A stretch of DNA of 64,000 nt from assembly GCA_027315455.1 (NCBI GenBank), contig DAHUXZ010000005.1:15409-79408 (forward strand), in the 5' to 3' direction. The notes below the pieces were generated by a model. The model was not told the DNA's origin. It did no database searches and saw nothing but the letters and a program-made list of their open reading frames with translations. Shown one piece after another: positions 1 through 9,130 of this stretch (within the stretch, counting starts at the first letter, position 1; each line of letters starts with the position of its first letter). This stretch comes from Thermoplasmata archaeon (lineage in GTDB: Archaea; Thermoplasmatota; Thermoplasmata; Lutacidiplasmatales; UBA184). A program made the translations under genes and the position numbers.

Positions 1-162
1 GTGGGCCCCGGCGACACCCGGGCCAAGGGCGACCGGCTCGGGATGATCGTCCTCGGGTCCCGCGTGGACGTGCTCGTTCCCGAATCGCGCCTCACCCCGA
101 CGGTCGCGGTCGGCCGGCGGGTCCTCGCCGGGGTGACGACGATCGCCGAGGAGCGCCGGTGA
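1..162 (+). CDS. phosphatidylserine/archaetidylserine decarboxylase-like protein, C-terminal fragment (5' end outside window)
   Basis: Frame 1 is open from base 1 to TGA 160-162 (...KGDRLGMIVLGSRVDVLVPE...). This resembles the C-terminal region of Psd-family enzymes (recalled). A 4-nt GTGA overlap joins it to the following CDP-alcohol phosphatidyltransferase, the usual psd/pssA pairing. Confidence 0.5.
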   Translation: MGPGDTRAKGDRLGMIVLGSRVDVLVPESRLTPTVAVGRRVLAGVTTIAEERR

Positions 163-905
163 CGGGCCGCGGGCCGGCGAACCTCGCGACGCTCGCGAAC
201 GGCGCCGCGGGCGTCGGCGCGATCCTCTACACGCTGGCCGGCAACCCCCTCTGGGGAATGCTCCTCATCGTCTGCGGCCTCGGGTTCGATGGGCTCGACG
301 GCTGGCTGTCGCGGCGCGCGGGGCTCGCGGCCTCCGCCTTCGGCCGCGTCGCGGACTCCGTCGCCGATGCCGTGACGTTCGGCCTCGCCCCGGCGACCCT
401 GGTCATCGTCCACACCGAGCGCGCCGCCCTCTGGAGCCCGTGGCAGGCGGACGCCGACCTCGTCGGCGTGATCATCGTGGCGCTCGCGTTCGCCCGGCTC
501 GCCTACTTCACCCTGCGCGCCTACCGGGTGCCCCACTTCCTCGGGGCGCCGACCCCGCAGAACGCCCTCGCCGTCGTCGCGCTGGTCCTCTTCCTCGACG
601 TCCCGGGGTTCTTCGGGACCCACCCGGTCGCGTTCCTGCTCGGCACCGGCCTCGTCGCGCTGACGATGGTCGTCCCGGTGCCGTTCCCCAAGGTTCGCCG
701 CGGAAGCCGCGTCCGGCTGCCGGCGACGATCACCTCGATCGCCCTCGTCGCGGCGCTGCTGCCGCTCCAGTTCCGGCCCCCGCCCGGGTCCTGGGGTTTC
801 CTCCTCGCGGAGGCGGCGGCGGGCGTGGCCGCGGCCGGCATCGCCTTCTATTACCTCGCGGGGCCGTTCCTCGTCCCCGGGGGGACCTCGGAGGGGACCG
901 AATGA
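159..905 (+). CDS. pssA: CDP-alcohol phosphatidyltransferase (archaetidylserine synthase-like)
   Basis: 248 aa, multi-pass membrane protein. Carries the full CDP-alcohol phosphatidyltransferase signature D-G-x2-(A/S)-R-x8-G-x3-D-x3-D as DGLDGWLSRRAGLAASAFGRVADSVADAV. Confidence 0.8.
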   Translation: MTGRGPANLATLANGAAGVGAILYTLAGNPLWGMLLIVCGLGFDGLDGWLSRRAGLAASAFGRVADSVADAVTFGLAPATLVIVHTERAALWSPWQADADLVGVIIVALAFARLAYFTLRAYRVPHFLGAPTPQNALAVVALVLFLDVPGFFGTHPVAFLLGTGLVALTMVVPVPFPKVRRGSRVRLPATITSIALVAALLPLQFRPPPGSWGFLLAEAAAGVAAAGIAFYYLAGPFLVPGGTSEGTE

Positions 906-1321
906 GCGGGCGGGGGGCGGCCCCGGGCCTCCATCCCGTCCGCTTGACCGCCCGCGAGGCGCTGCTCTTCGAGGCGGGCATCAAGCTCGGCGGGATCTTC
1001 CACCAGTACCTCGGGACACCGGTGGCGCCTCGGACGGCCGAAGGGCTCGCGCGGGCCATCGAGCACGCCGTGGGCCTCCAGCCGTTCGTCGAGCGGGTGC
1101 GCGTGCGGATCGACCCCCGCACGGGAGGGCCCACGGGGCGCGGCCGGTTCGCCTACCGCTACCTGACCGCCGAGATGCTGTCGGCCAAGGTCACCCTCGT
1201 GGACGGTCCGGTCCGCATCGAGGCGGGCCTCGCCCGCGACCGGCGCCGGCGCTACCCGCTCATGTCCGTCACCTCGGTCACGACGGCCCGCGGGCCGGCC
1301 TCGCGGCCCCGTCGCCGCTAG
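902..1321 (+). CDS. MptD-type dihydroneopterin aldolase family protein (putative)
   Basis: Last 139 codons of track ORF 440..1321. ATG 902 overlaps the pssA stop (ATGA). The segment LLFEAGIKLGGIFHQYLGTPV matches my recollection of the archaeal MptD (MJ0408-like) family. The upstream part of the track ORF is an out-of-frame overlap with pssA. Confidence 0.45.
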   Translation: MSGRGAAPGLHPVRLTAREALLFEAGIKLGGIFHQYLGTPVAPRTAEGLARAIEHAVGLQPFVERVRVRIDPRTGGPTGRGRFAYRYLTAEMLSAKVTLVDGPVRIEAGLARDRRRRYPLMSVTSVTTARGPASRPRRR

Positions 1322-2442
1322 GCGCGCTGGTCGATCGGCGCGTAGTGGAGATCGACGGGCCCGATGTACTGGGCCGTGGGGCGGATCAGGCGGAGGTCCT
1401 GGTACTCCTCGAGGACGTGCGCCGTCCAGCCGACGACGCGGCTCGCCGCGAACACCGGGGTGAACAGGTCGCTCGGGATCCCGAGAAGGGTGTAGACGCT
1501 CCCGGAGTAGAGGTCGACGTTGGGGTAGAGGCCCTTTTCCCGGTGGACCACGCGCTCGACCTCGCGCAGCAGCTCGAAGTAGTGCAGGTCGTGGTGGGCC
1601 TCGCCGACGCGATGCGACCAGTCGCGGAGGATCGTCGCGCGCGGGTCCTCGACCTTGTAGACCCGGTGGCCGAAGCCCATGATCCGTTCGTGGCGGGCGA
1701 GCTTGTCGCGCACGACCGCGTCGACCCGATCGACGGTGCCGCACTCGTTGAGGAGCTCCATCACCCGCTCGTTCGCCCCCCCGTGCAGGGGGCCCTTGAG
1801 GGTCCCGACGGCGCTCGTGACGGCGGAGTAGAGGTCGCTCAGGGTCGACGCGGTGACCCGGGCGGCGAAGGTCGAGGCGTTGAGCTCGTGGTCGGCGTGG
1901 AGGATGAGCGCGATGTCGAGGGCGCGGCCCTCCAGGTCGCTGCCCACGCGGTCGCGCAGGGCGTAGATGAGGTACTGCGCGTGCCCGAGCTCGGGCCGGG
2001 GGACGAGCGGGGGGAGGCCCTTGCGGCGACGGTGGAGGTAGCCCAGGATCGACGGGAGGACCGCGGTGAGCCGCTGCGCCCCGCCGATCGAGCTCGCGCC
2101 GGGGCGGGTCTCCGCCGGTTCGAGATGCGCGAGCGCGCTCACCGCCGTGCGGAGGACGTCCATCGGGGCGCACTCCTTCGGGATGCGGTCGAGGATGTCG
2201 GTGAGACCGGAGGGGATCTCCCGCAGCTGCCCGAGCCGCGCTCGGAGCTCATCGAGCTGGGGACGGGTCGGCAGCCGGCCGTACCAGAGGAGATAGGCGA
2301 CCTCCTCGAACGTCGACTGGGCGGCCAGCTCCCGGATGTCGTAGCCACGGTAGATGAGCCGCCCGCCGCGACCGTCGATGAAACAGATCTGCGACTCGAG
2401 GGCGACCACGTCCTCGAGCCCGCGTTGAACTTCCCCGGCCAT
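1318..2442 (-). CDS. gltA: citrate synthase
   Basis: 374 aa. Motifs GYDIRELA, GPLHGGANE and GFGHRVYKVEDPRA are typical of short (type I) citrate synthases. Confidence 0.92.
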   Translation of the reverse strand: MAGEVQRGLEDVVALESQICFIDGRGGRLIYRGYDIRELAAQSTFEEVAYLLWYGRLPTRPQLDELRARLGQLREIPSGLTDILDRIPKECAPMDVLRTAVSALAHLEPAETRPGASSIGGAQRLTAVLPSILGYLHRRRKGLPPLVPRPELGHAQYLIYALRDRVGSDLEGRALDIALILHADHELNASTFAARVTASTLSDLYSAVTSAVGTLKGPLHGGANERVMELLNECGTVDRVDAVVRDKLARHERIMGFGHRVYKVEDPRATILRDWSHRVGEAHHDLHYFELLREVERVVHREKGLYPNVDLYSGSVYTLLGIPSDLFTPVFAASRVVGWTAHVLEEYQDLRLIRPTAQYIGPVDLHYAPIDQRA

Positions 2443-2473
2443 CGTCTCGCCGCGCCGTCGAGGCGTGGGAAGG

Positions 2474-3892
2474 TTAATCGGTTTCGATGCGGGCGGCCGA
2501 CGCGCCCGGGGGCGCGAGGGGAGCGGGGGGAGCGGGGGAAGCGGGGGGAGCCACGGACCGGGGGGCGTCCTTCCGCCTCAGGTAGGCGACCTGGGCCGCC
2601 GACCAGAGCGGGAGCGAGGCCAGGAGCGCGCCCGCGGCGATGAGGAAGGTGTAGCGGTAGCCGAGGAACGAGAGCACCCCGGAGAGGACGGCGCCGAGGA
2701 CCGCGGCGACGCCGCCGAGCGCGCTGCTGACCCCGAGCAGGCTGCCCGCGTCCCGTCCCCGGAGCGTCCGGAACAGGATGAGCGACGACGAGGTCGAGTA
2801 GAAGGCGATCGCCGCTCCGAGGACCGCGAAGGCGATCAGGTTCGCGCCGTAGACCCCGCCGACCGCGAGGGGGATGAACGTGAAGCCGGCGACGGCGAGG
2901 TAGCCGAGGCTGCGGACGTAGGTCGAGCGCTGGACCAGCCGGTCGGAGCCTACGCGGGAGGTGAGGTTGCCGCTCGCCGGGAAGGCGATACCTTGGGCAA
3001 GGTTGTTCGAGAAGTTGACGAGGAAGATCGACGAGGCCGTGAGGCCGGCGGCGTAGAGGTAGGGCACATAGGTGATGTTGAACAGGTTCGAGGAGATGTT
3101 GAAGAGGAACGACGCCGCGAAGATGAGGGGAAGCTCGTGGCGGAACTCCTCGCGCAGCCAGCGGCGGAAGCGGGCGCGCGAGGGGCGCGACAGCCCCGGG
3201 CGCTTCGGGAAGAACGGGATCGCGATCCGGAGGGCCGCGGAGTGGTAGATCCGCGAGGCGAGGCTTTCGGCGTGGCGGGCCACGCTCGCCGTCGTCCGCT
3301 GCCGGTCCGGCGGGACGTCACGGATGCCGACCCAGACCGCCACGACGGAGGCGGCGGCGAGGGCGGCGAGGACGTAGAGAAGCGGCTCGAGCGGCCGGCC
3401 CCCCAGGAGCCAGAAGTAGCCGATGAGCAGTCCCGCGATCGCGCCGATCATGCTCATCTCCTGGAAGGAGGCGAAGGCGTTCGCGCGCTCGTCCTCCCGG
3501 AACTTCTCCAGGATCAGCAGGTTGGAGGCGCTCGCGCCCGCCGGGGCGATGAGGCCCACCACGACGTAGAGGACGTAGAGCACGGGGAGCGTCGGAGCCT
3601 GGGCGAGGAGCAGGTAGATCACCGCGAAGCCGACGTAGTTGATGAGGAGGAAGCGACGGCGCGTCGGGTAGCGGTCGGAGAGGTAGCCCCACAGCATCGA
3701 GGCGAGGATCACCGCCCCGTTGAACAGCGAGGCGGCGAGGGCGACGTCGACCCAGGCGCCGTGGAGGGTGATCAGGATGAGCAGCGGCAGCGCGACGCCG
3801 AAGCCGGAGGTCGCCGCGTTGATGGGGACGAAGGCGAGGAGCCAGGGGCGGGCGACGAGCCGGCTCGGGAACGTCCTGAGGTGGGTCTCCAT
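2474..3892 (-). CDS. MFS transporter
   Basis: About 12 predicted TM helices, with a Gly/Ala/Pro-rich C-terminal tail. The track ORF extends to 3970, but METHLRTF at 3892 is the more plausible start. Confidence 0.75.
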   Translation of the reverse strand: METHLRTFPSRLVARPWLLAFVPINAATSGFGVALPLLILITLHGAWVDVALAASLFNGAVILASMLWGYLSDRYPTRRRFLLINYVGFAVIYLLLAQAPTLPVLYVLYVVVGLIAPAGASASNLLILEKFREDERANAFASFQEMSMIGAIAGLLIGYFWLLGGRPLEPLLYVLAALAAASVVAVWVGIRDVPPDRQRTTASVARHAESLASRIYHSAALRIAIPFFPKRPGLSRPSRARFRRWLREEFRHELPLIFAASFLFNISSNLFNITYVPYLYAAGLTASSIFLVNFSNNLAQGIAFPASGNLTSRVGSDRLVQRSTYVRSLGYLAVAGFTFIPLAVGGVYGANLIAFAVLGAAIAFYSTSSSLILFRTLRGRDAGSLLGVSSALGGVAAVLGAVLSGVLSFLGYRYTFLIAAGALLASLPLWSAAQVAYLRRKDAPRSVAPPASPAPPAPLAPPGASAARIETD

Positions 3893-3989
3893 CGGGTACG
3901 GACGTTCCGTTCTGGGTCCGCCCCTTAAGGGAGTTCGCCCCGAGAGGAATCGCCCACCTCGGCCTGACAACCCTTATTAAGCGGGGCAT

Positions 3990-4256
3990 GTGTCGCCGGG
4001 TCGTCCGAGAGGGAAACGTCCCGTGGCCATCGGTTTCGTTCTGATCAGCACCGCCCCCGCGAAGGAGCACGAGGTCTACACGGAGCTCCTCCGGGTGAAG
4101 GGGATCGTGGAGCTGCATCCGCTCTTCGGGGAGTACGACCTGATCGCGAAGGTCGAGGCGGAGGACTTCAACGCCCTGGGCCAGCTGGTCGTCGACAAGA
4201 TCCGATCGGTTCCCGGCGTCATCGACACGAAGACCCTGACGGGCATCAAATTCTGA
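3990..4256 (+). CDS. stand-alone Lrp/AsnC-type ligand-binding (RAM) domain protein
   Basis: 77-88 aa. FVLISTAPAKEHEVYTELLRVKGIVELHPLFGEYDLIAKVEAEDFNALGQLVVDKIRSVPGVIDTKT fits the AsnC_trans_reg fold, and there is no HTH. A TATA-like cttattaag lies at 3971-3979. An alternative GTG start is at 4023. Confidence 0.6.
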   Translation: MSPGRPRGKRPVAIGFVLISTAPAKEHEVYTELLRVKGIVELHPLFGEYDLIAKVEAEDFNALGQLVVDKIRSVPGVIDTKTLTGIKF

Positions 4257-4271
4257 GGGAGACACACGGTC

Positions 4272-4595
4272 ATGCTGGAGATGTGGGCGGCCAACAGCGC
4301 GAATCTGATCGGCGGTTGGCAGGAGTTCGTCACGATCCTGCTTCTGGTCTTCGGCCTCTTTTTGATCCTCGCGGGGGTCTTCACGGCCTACTTCGGCAGC
4401 GGCAAGAGCCGCACGATCGGGGTCGTCCTGCTCGTGGTCGGGCTTGTCGTGGGCATCCTGGCCGGCTACTGGTACCACACGCTCCACGCGTCGCTCTCGA
4501 CGCTCGTCTGGCAGGCGTTCCTCGTCCTGCTCGCCGCGGTCGTCGGCGCCCTCGTCGCGGTTGCCATCTTCCTGGTGGCGATCATGAAGTCGTAG
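4272..4595 (+). CDS. small integral membrane protein (3 TM), unknown function
   Basis: 107 aa with three clear hydrophobic helices. The overlapping frame (4283..4744) is Arg-rich and looks artefactual. Confidence 0.6.
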   Translation: MLEMWAANSANLIGGWQEFVTILLLVFGLFLILAGVFTAYFGSGKSRTIGVVLLVVGLVVGILAGYWYHTLHASLSTLVWQAFLVLLAAVVGALVAVAIFLVAIMKS

Positions 4596-4625
4596 GGCGG
4601 TCCGCGCGCAGGGGGCGGGCGGCCC

Positions 4626-5777
4626 GTGCCGCGACGCCGGCTCGTCACCCTGACGACGGATATCGGCGCCGTCTACGCCGCCCAGATGAAGGCGGTCCTC
4701 TACCAGCGGCTACCGCCAGGGCACGTCATCGACCTCGTCCATGACGTGACCCCGCACCGCATCGAGGAGGCCGCGTTCCTATTGCGTCAGATGGGGGCCA
4801 TGTTACCCCCGGGGACCGTGCACATCGCGGTCGTGGACCCCGGCGTGGGCTCCGCCCGCGCCCCGGTCGTCGTGGAATGCGCGGACGGGAGTCTCCTCGT
4901 CGGACCGGACAACGGAGTCCTTCAACCCCTCTCGGACCGACTCGGCGGGGGGATCGCCTACCGCCTCGACCCGGCGCGCGTCACCCCCGGGCGGCGACCG
5001 AGCCCGACCTTCGAGGGACGGGACCTCTTCGCTCCCGCCGCGGCCCGTCTCGCCACGGGGACGCCCGCCCGGCGGCTCGGCCGTCGCTTCTCGCCGCGGC
5101 CCTACTCCCTCCCGGCCCCCCGCCGGCGCGGAGCGACGATCCAGGGGGTGGTCCTGCACATCGACCACTTCGGGAACCTGATCACGAACGTGCCGGGGGA
5201 GTGGCTCCCGCCGGAGGGCCGTCGGATGGCGGTGCGCCTTGGCCGGGGCGCCCCGCGCTCGCTCCCGCGGGCCCGGACCTATGCGGACCTCGCTCCGCGG
5301 CGGCTCGGGATCCTCGTCTCGAGCTTCGGCACGGCCGAGGTCAGCGCGCGCGAAGACTCGGCCTCGCGCCGTCTCGGGGCACGGCCGGGGATGGCGCTCA
5401 CCCTCCGGGGGCCCGTGACCGACGTCCGCGAGGTGCCTGGTCCGGTCGGGCCGGAGAGGGCGGTCTGCGTCACCTCCCTCAGGCTTTGCCCAGAAGCACT
5501 TGAGCCGCACAAGAAGTTGGCACTGCCGCACAGAAACTCGCGACTCTTAACAGCGGGTCAAACCGCCCGACCGGAACCGCTGCCGATCAATCTGGCCCGT
5601 GCAGCGCGTTCCAGGATGGCTTCCGAAGGTCATCACGTGACCTCAGAGACTAACGGAGCCACTCTAAGGACTCATAGTCTAATGTACGTGTTGCTGCGCG
5701 ATTGCGTACGACTTCAGACGCGAATGCGGACGAACGCGGCCCGCCATGCTTATTTGCCATGGCGTGCTGAGGTCTAG
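4626..5777 (+). CDS. SAM hydroxide adenosyltransferase family protein (DUF62, chlorinase/fluorinase-like) with anomalous 3' extension
   Basis: The N-terminal ~265 aa (LVTLTTDIG...HIAVVDPGVGS...LVGPDNGVL...HIDHFGNLITN) match the DUF62/SAM-hydrolase family. Family-like sequence ends near 5420, yet the frame stays open ~120 further codons into low-G+C, non-protein-like sequence. Confidence 0.7.
   Translation: MPRRRLVTLTTDIGAVYAAQMKAVLYQRLPPGHVIDLVHDVTPHRIEEAAFLLRQMGAMLPPGTVHIAVVDPGVGSARAPVVVECADGSLLVGPDNGVLQPLSDRLGGGIAYRLDPARVTPGRRPSPTFEGRDLFAPAAARLATGTPARRLGRRFSPRPYSLPAPRRRGATIQGVVLHIDHFGNLITNVPGEWLPPEGRRMAVRLGRGAPRSLPRARTYADLAPRRLGILVSSFGTAEVSAREDSASRRLGARPGMALTLRGPVTDVREVPGPVGPERAVCVTSLRLCPEALEPHKKLALPHRNSRLLTAGQTARPEPLPINLARAARSRMASEGHHVTSETNGATLRTHSLMYVLLRDCVRLQTRMRTNAARHAYLPWRAEV
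5527..5537 (+). repeat. left copy of 11-nt direct repeat cgcacagaaac flanking the island
   Basis: The exact 11-mer cgcacagaaac is at 5527-5537 and again at 9120-9130. A near-copy gcacaggaac lies at 9101-9110. Confidence 0.4.
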
Positions 5778-5850
5778 CACGCCATCAAAGTGGGGGAACA
5801 TGGTTTCACGAGAAGGGCGGATCGGAACTGCGACCTGAGGGGCGACGCTC

Positions 5851-6516
5851 GTGGCAGTGTTGGCTCGGATAGTCGCAATCTTGACGGCGACCCCGCTCGC
5901 GAGCGCGACTCTCACCCTAACTCCGACCTATGTCGCAGGACGTTCGGGTCCGGGGTCAGGGGTTTCAGAGAGTCACGCTGGGGCCTACTCTTTCTCCGGG
6001 CTAGCCGTGTCACCCTCAGGAGGCACTTTCGGCTACAGAACCCAATCCGCGGGTCCGACGATCGGAAATGCTACGAGCCTGGAGTTCTTGACAGTAGGCC
6101 CTGCGCCGACGGGTTGCTACAGCCCTTCGGTTTCTGCGTCGTCCGTAACCACAGTCTTCTCCTTTGGCTTGACGGGCACGATGAGCGAGTCCGTTACCTG
6201 TCCGGGAGCAGCAAATCTCGTCATGATTCTTTACGCGAACGTCTACTCCCAGTCTACTGGGGCCCTGTTCACGACGCCGCCGAGTAGCTACGTCGTAAAC
6301 CAAGCCATCGGCTGCACCGGTGGCCCGACAAGCTACAACCCGATGCCCATCGGGACCTTTGCGTTGAGCGTCGGACCCTTCGCGGTCACGAAAGGCGTGA
6401 ACTACAGCTTCTACGCCGGGGTCTACATTACCCATGCGGCTGGGGCGGGGGGAACCTCCGGCGAGAGCTCTTTCCAAGTGACACTCAGCAGCGTGGCATG
6501 CGGATCCTGCCCTTGA
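5851..6516 (+). CDS. secreted protein, unknown function (island gene 1)
   Basis: 221 aa. N-terminal signal-like segment MAVLARIVAILTATPLASA. Ser/Thr/Gly-rich with scattered Cys, ending ...VACGSCP. I recognise no family. Confidence 0.55.
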   Translation: MAVLARIVAILTATPLASATLTLTPTYVAGRSGPGSGVSESHAGAYSFSGLAVSPSGGTFGYRTQSAGPTIGNATSLEFLTVGPAPTGCYSPSVSASSVTTVFSFGLTGTMSESVTCPGAANLVMILYANVYSQSTGALFTTPPSSYVVNQAIGCTGGPTSYNPMPIGTFALSVGPFAVTKGVNYSFYAGVYITHAAGAGGTSGESSFQVTLSSVACGSCP

Positions 6517-6615
6517 TGGTGGGAGCTCTCAACGAGGACCTAACTCACGGACTATCTCAAGGAGAAAGGCCCCGTCGTAACGGTGGTGGACCCAATACCC
6601 TAGGCGGGAGGTTCA

Positions 6616-8994
6616 GTGCGTCGCAACCTAACCAATGGTGACCGTCGCATGAGGGTCCGTGACTTGCGCATCTGGGGTGTAGTGCTAGTCGCCTCGTTCG
6701 CAGTGGCCTCGGCTGCTGGGCAGTTCGTTGTCCCGAGCATGCCCGGCGGGATTGGTGGCATCGGGCGGGTTGCGCTGCCAGCCAATGAACTGTTCTCGGT
6801 TCCACATGCCCCAATAGTAGGCGGAGTGCCTTCAGGTCTTGACCTTGGAGTCGACACGACGCCGGGGGCCGTCTGCGTAAGCCCTACGACCTCCTGCAGC
6901 GCGGAAACCGATACGGCCAGGGTGACGGTTTCCGCGACCGCGTCGCCGCATGGTCCCGCCGACTGGCCAGCGGTGCAAGTTCTGTTCGTACTGGAGACGA
7001 CGGCATACGACGGAACCTTCGATTACGCCTCCACGGGGGAGACACAGCAGAATCCGTCCATCTACTTGGCGGTGTGCTCCCCAGCGTATCCGTACCAGTT
7101 GTGCGACGAGGCGAACGCCGTCGGCGCATTTGTGTCAAATGCCAGCGGGATTGCCGACTCGATCCAAGCCGCGCATCCAGCGACTGCGGTCACCTTCGGC
7201 TTGGTCGATTACTTCGCGACCCATGACCAGTGGGGGAATCCGAATGGAAGTGAGTACCATGTTGACTTGGGGAACTTCGTTCCGGCGGGTCAGTTCGAAT
7301 CGGCGGTGGATCGGACCTTCCTGACCCAGGTCCTGAACGGGGTCCCTGTGATGAAGGACTCCGGTCTCGGTGAGAACTTCCTGCACTCCTCATCAATCAC
7401 GGCCCTCTACGGAGCGCTTTCCGGGGCCGGGCTCGCCTGGTCCAATGACACTCATCACGTGATCGTCTGGATCGGCAGCACGGTCCCGAGGGACCCCAAT
7501 TACGTCGTAAACTATTGCGTGAGCCAGTCCGCCAACGCGAACCACTATGCCACCAATGTGACGAAGCCGGGGTGTTACAGTTCGGGGTGCGAGCCCTCCT
7601 ACAACTTCACCCCGACTCTGAGAAGCCCGGCATGCGAGGGCTGGGTCCTTCCCCAAGACGGGAACCCGAACGATTCCATAGCAGCGCTTGCGAGGAGTTC
7701 GCCCGATTGCAGGGAGTCACTCGGTGGAAGCTGCACGATCGATATGATCGAAGTCCCTGGAGGGGCGGACTGGGCGGGGGGATATGACCCGAATAATGGT
7801 CCCTACTTCTGGCTACCGAATGGGACGATGCCGGGGAGCACTTCGGATGGAATCTGGGGATGCCTCAATTGGGGATCTGGGACTTGCAGCAAGGACGGGA
7901 TCATTGCCACGCAGCAGATCTGGCAGAACGTCAACCGAACGCGGGACGCCTCCTGCGATTTGGCCATGGCCACGGGGGGCAGTTGGGACGGCCCTCGGAC
8001 ATCGGGATTTTGGCCCGCTTCACTCCCCGGAAGTCCCAAACCGAACTTCTGGACCGCCCCGGAAGTCTGTTCGGGGACCGTCGGAGACCTCCAGCCGCCA
8101 CCTACGGCGGGCCCGGACTTATGGTCTGGACCCTGCGTGTACTCGGGCTCGCCAGTCTGCGATCGGGGGACCGAGTACTTCAACGAGAGCAACCCTGCCC
8201 TGATATCTGCCCTCTTCCGGGTAAGTTTCGGCGCGCCGCCCTACTCGTTGGCAGCTCGCGGAGCGGCGCAGCGCCCGATGTTCACTTTCGTACCGTTCGG
8301 GAACGTCCAGCTCGATCCGTACCTCGGTGCTACCGTGACCTGCCAGTCGGCGCTCCCCCTTCCCGGCGGCTGCGATGCCTCTGTCCGGCTACTCTCCCTC
8401 GGGGCGACGACCGCCCTCGCGTTCAACTGGAGCAGCGATCCGAACCTCAATGTGATGCAGGCGGGGGACGTGTGGGAGGCGTCCTTCAATGTGATGGGCG
8501 TGGGACCGCCGTACGGTGTACCGGTTCCGGCCGACGCGTGCATCGCGCCCGGCTGCTCGGCGGCTGGGAGCCAGCCCGTCCTCGGGGTCTACAGTTGGGC
8601 CGACTACACGTTGGCGACGAACGGTTCGTCGGTCATCGCTTCGTTCCCCCTGGCCCAACTCATCGTGGAGAATACTCCCGCACCCTCATCGCCTCCGTCG
8701 ACGCAGCCCCCACCCCAACCCCCCGGTGGCCAGTCACCCCCCATTCCCGCGCCAATCCCATCGCCGCTGCCGGTGAACCAGCCGATTCCCGTCCCCTCCG
8801 TCGCAGGCGTGGCGGGTCTCATCTCCGTTCCTGCCGTTGCGGCCGGGATCTTGGCATCTGGGATGACCCGAATCATAATCCGGGGTAGAACGGTGGCGAT
8901 GAGGGTGGCGGTCAAGGCGGGACCCATTGGAAGACGCTCCCGCCGGCGTGGAAAGCGCTCGGATGGCGAGGACTCCCGGAGCCTCTTCGAGTAG
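6616..8994 (+). CDS. large secreted, C-terminally membrane-anchored protein, unknown function (island gene 2)
   Basis: 792 aa. GGAGG lies 5 nt upstream of GTG 6616 (alternative ATG at 6649). Signal peptide ...WGVVLVASFAVASAAG. Cys-rich ectodomain with many N-x-S/T sequons, a Pro-rich stalk (PAPSSPPSTQPPPQPPGGQSPPIPAPIPSPLPVNQPIPVP), one TM helix and a basic tail. Confidence 0.7.
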   Translation: MRRNLTNGDRRMRVRDLRIWGVVLVASFAVASAAGQFVVPSMPGGIGGIGRVALPANELFSVPHAPIVGGVPSGLDLGVDTTPGAVCVSPTTSCSAETDTARVTVSATASPHGPADWPAVQVLFVLETTAYDGTFDYASTGETQQNPSIYLAVCSPAYPYQLCDEANAVGAFVSNASGIADSIQAAHPATAVTFGLVDYFATHDQWGNPNGSEYHVDLGNFVPAGQFESAVDRTFLTQVLNGVPVMKDSGLGENFLHSSSITALYGALSGAGLAWSNDTHHVIVWIGSTVPRDPNYVVNYCVSQSANANHYATNVTKPGCYSSGCEPSYNFTPTLRSPACEGWVLPQDGNPNDSIAALARSSPDCRESLGGSCTIDMIEVPGGADWAGGYDPNNGPYFWLPNGTMPGSTSDGIWGCLNWGSGTCSKDGIIATQQIWQNVNRTRDASCDLAMATGGSWDGPRTSGFWPASLPGSPKPNFWTAPEVCSGTVGDLQPPPTAGPDLWSGPCVYSGSPVCDRGTEYFNESNPALISALFRVSFGAPPYSLAARGAAQRPMFTFVPFGNVQLDPYLGATVTCQSALPLPGGCDASVRLLSLGATTALAFNWSSDPNLNVMQAGDVWEASFNVMGVGPPYGVPVPADACIAPGCSAAGSQPVLGVYSWADYTLATNGSSVIASFPLAQLIVENTPAPSSPPSTQPPPQPPGGQSPPIPAPIPSPLPVNQPIPVPSVAGVAGLISVPAVAAGILASGMTRIIIRGRTVAMRVAVKAGPIGRRSRRRGKRSDGEDSRSLFE

Positions 8995-9119
8995 GCTGTT
9001 GTAGCGCGACGCGATACTCCGTCGTTCATCATGAGAAGGGTCCTCCAAGCGAGGGTTCCGCCAGCGAGACGACCCCCTGTGCCAGCTCTGGGCCTCGGCT
9101 GCACAGGAACTCTCGGCGG

Positions 9120-9130
9120 CGCACAGAAAC
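9120..9130 (+). repeat. right copy of 11-nt direct repeat cgcacagaaac flanking the island
   Basis: See left copy. Both copies sit within ~60 nt of the points where G+C content shifts. Confidence 0.4.

Noticed and set aside
440-901. N-terminal 154 codons of track ORF 440..1321
   Set aside because: This part overlaps pssA out of frame with an Arg/Pro-rich translation. The family-like sequence only begins at ATG 902, which is coupled to the pssA stop.
5761-5783. Hairpin at the stop of the extended DUF62 ORF as an intrinsic terminator
   Set aside because: No oligo-T tract follows it, whereas archaeal termination normally relies on T runs. It is therefore not annotated as a terminator and is mentioned only within the read-through finding.
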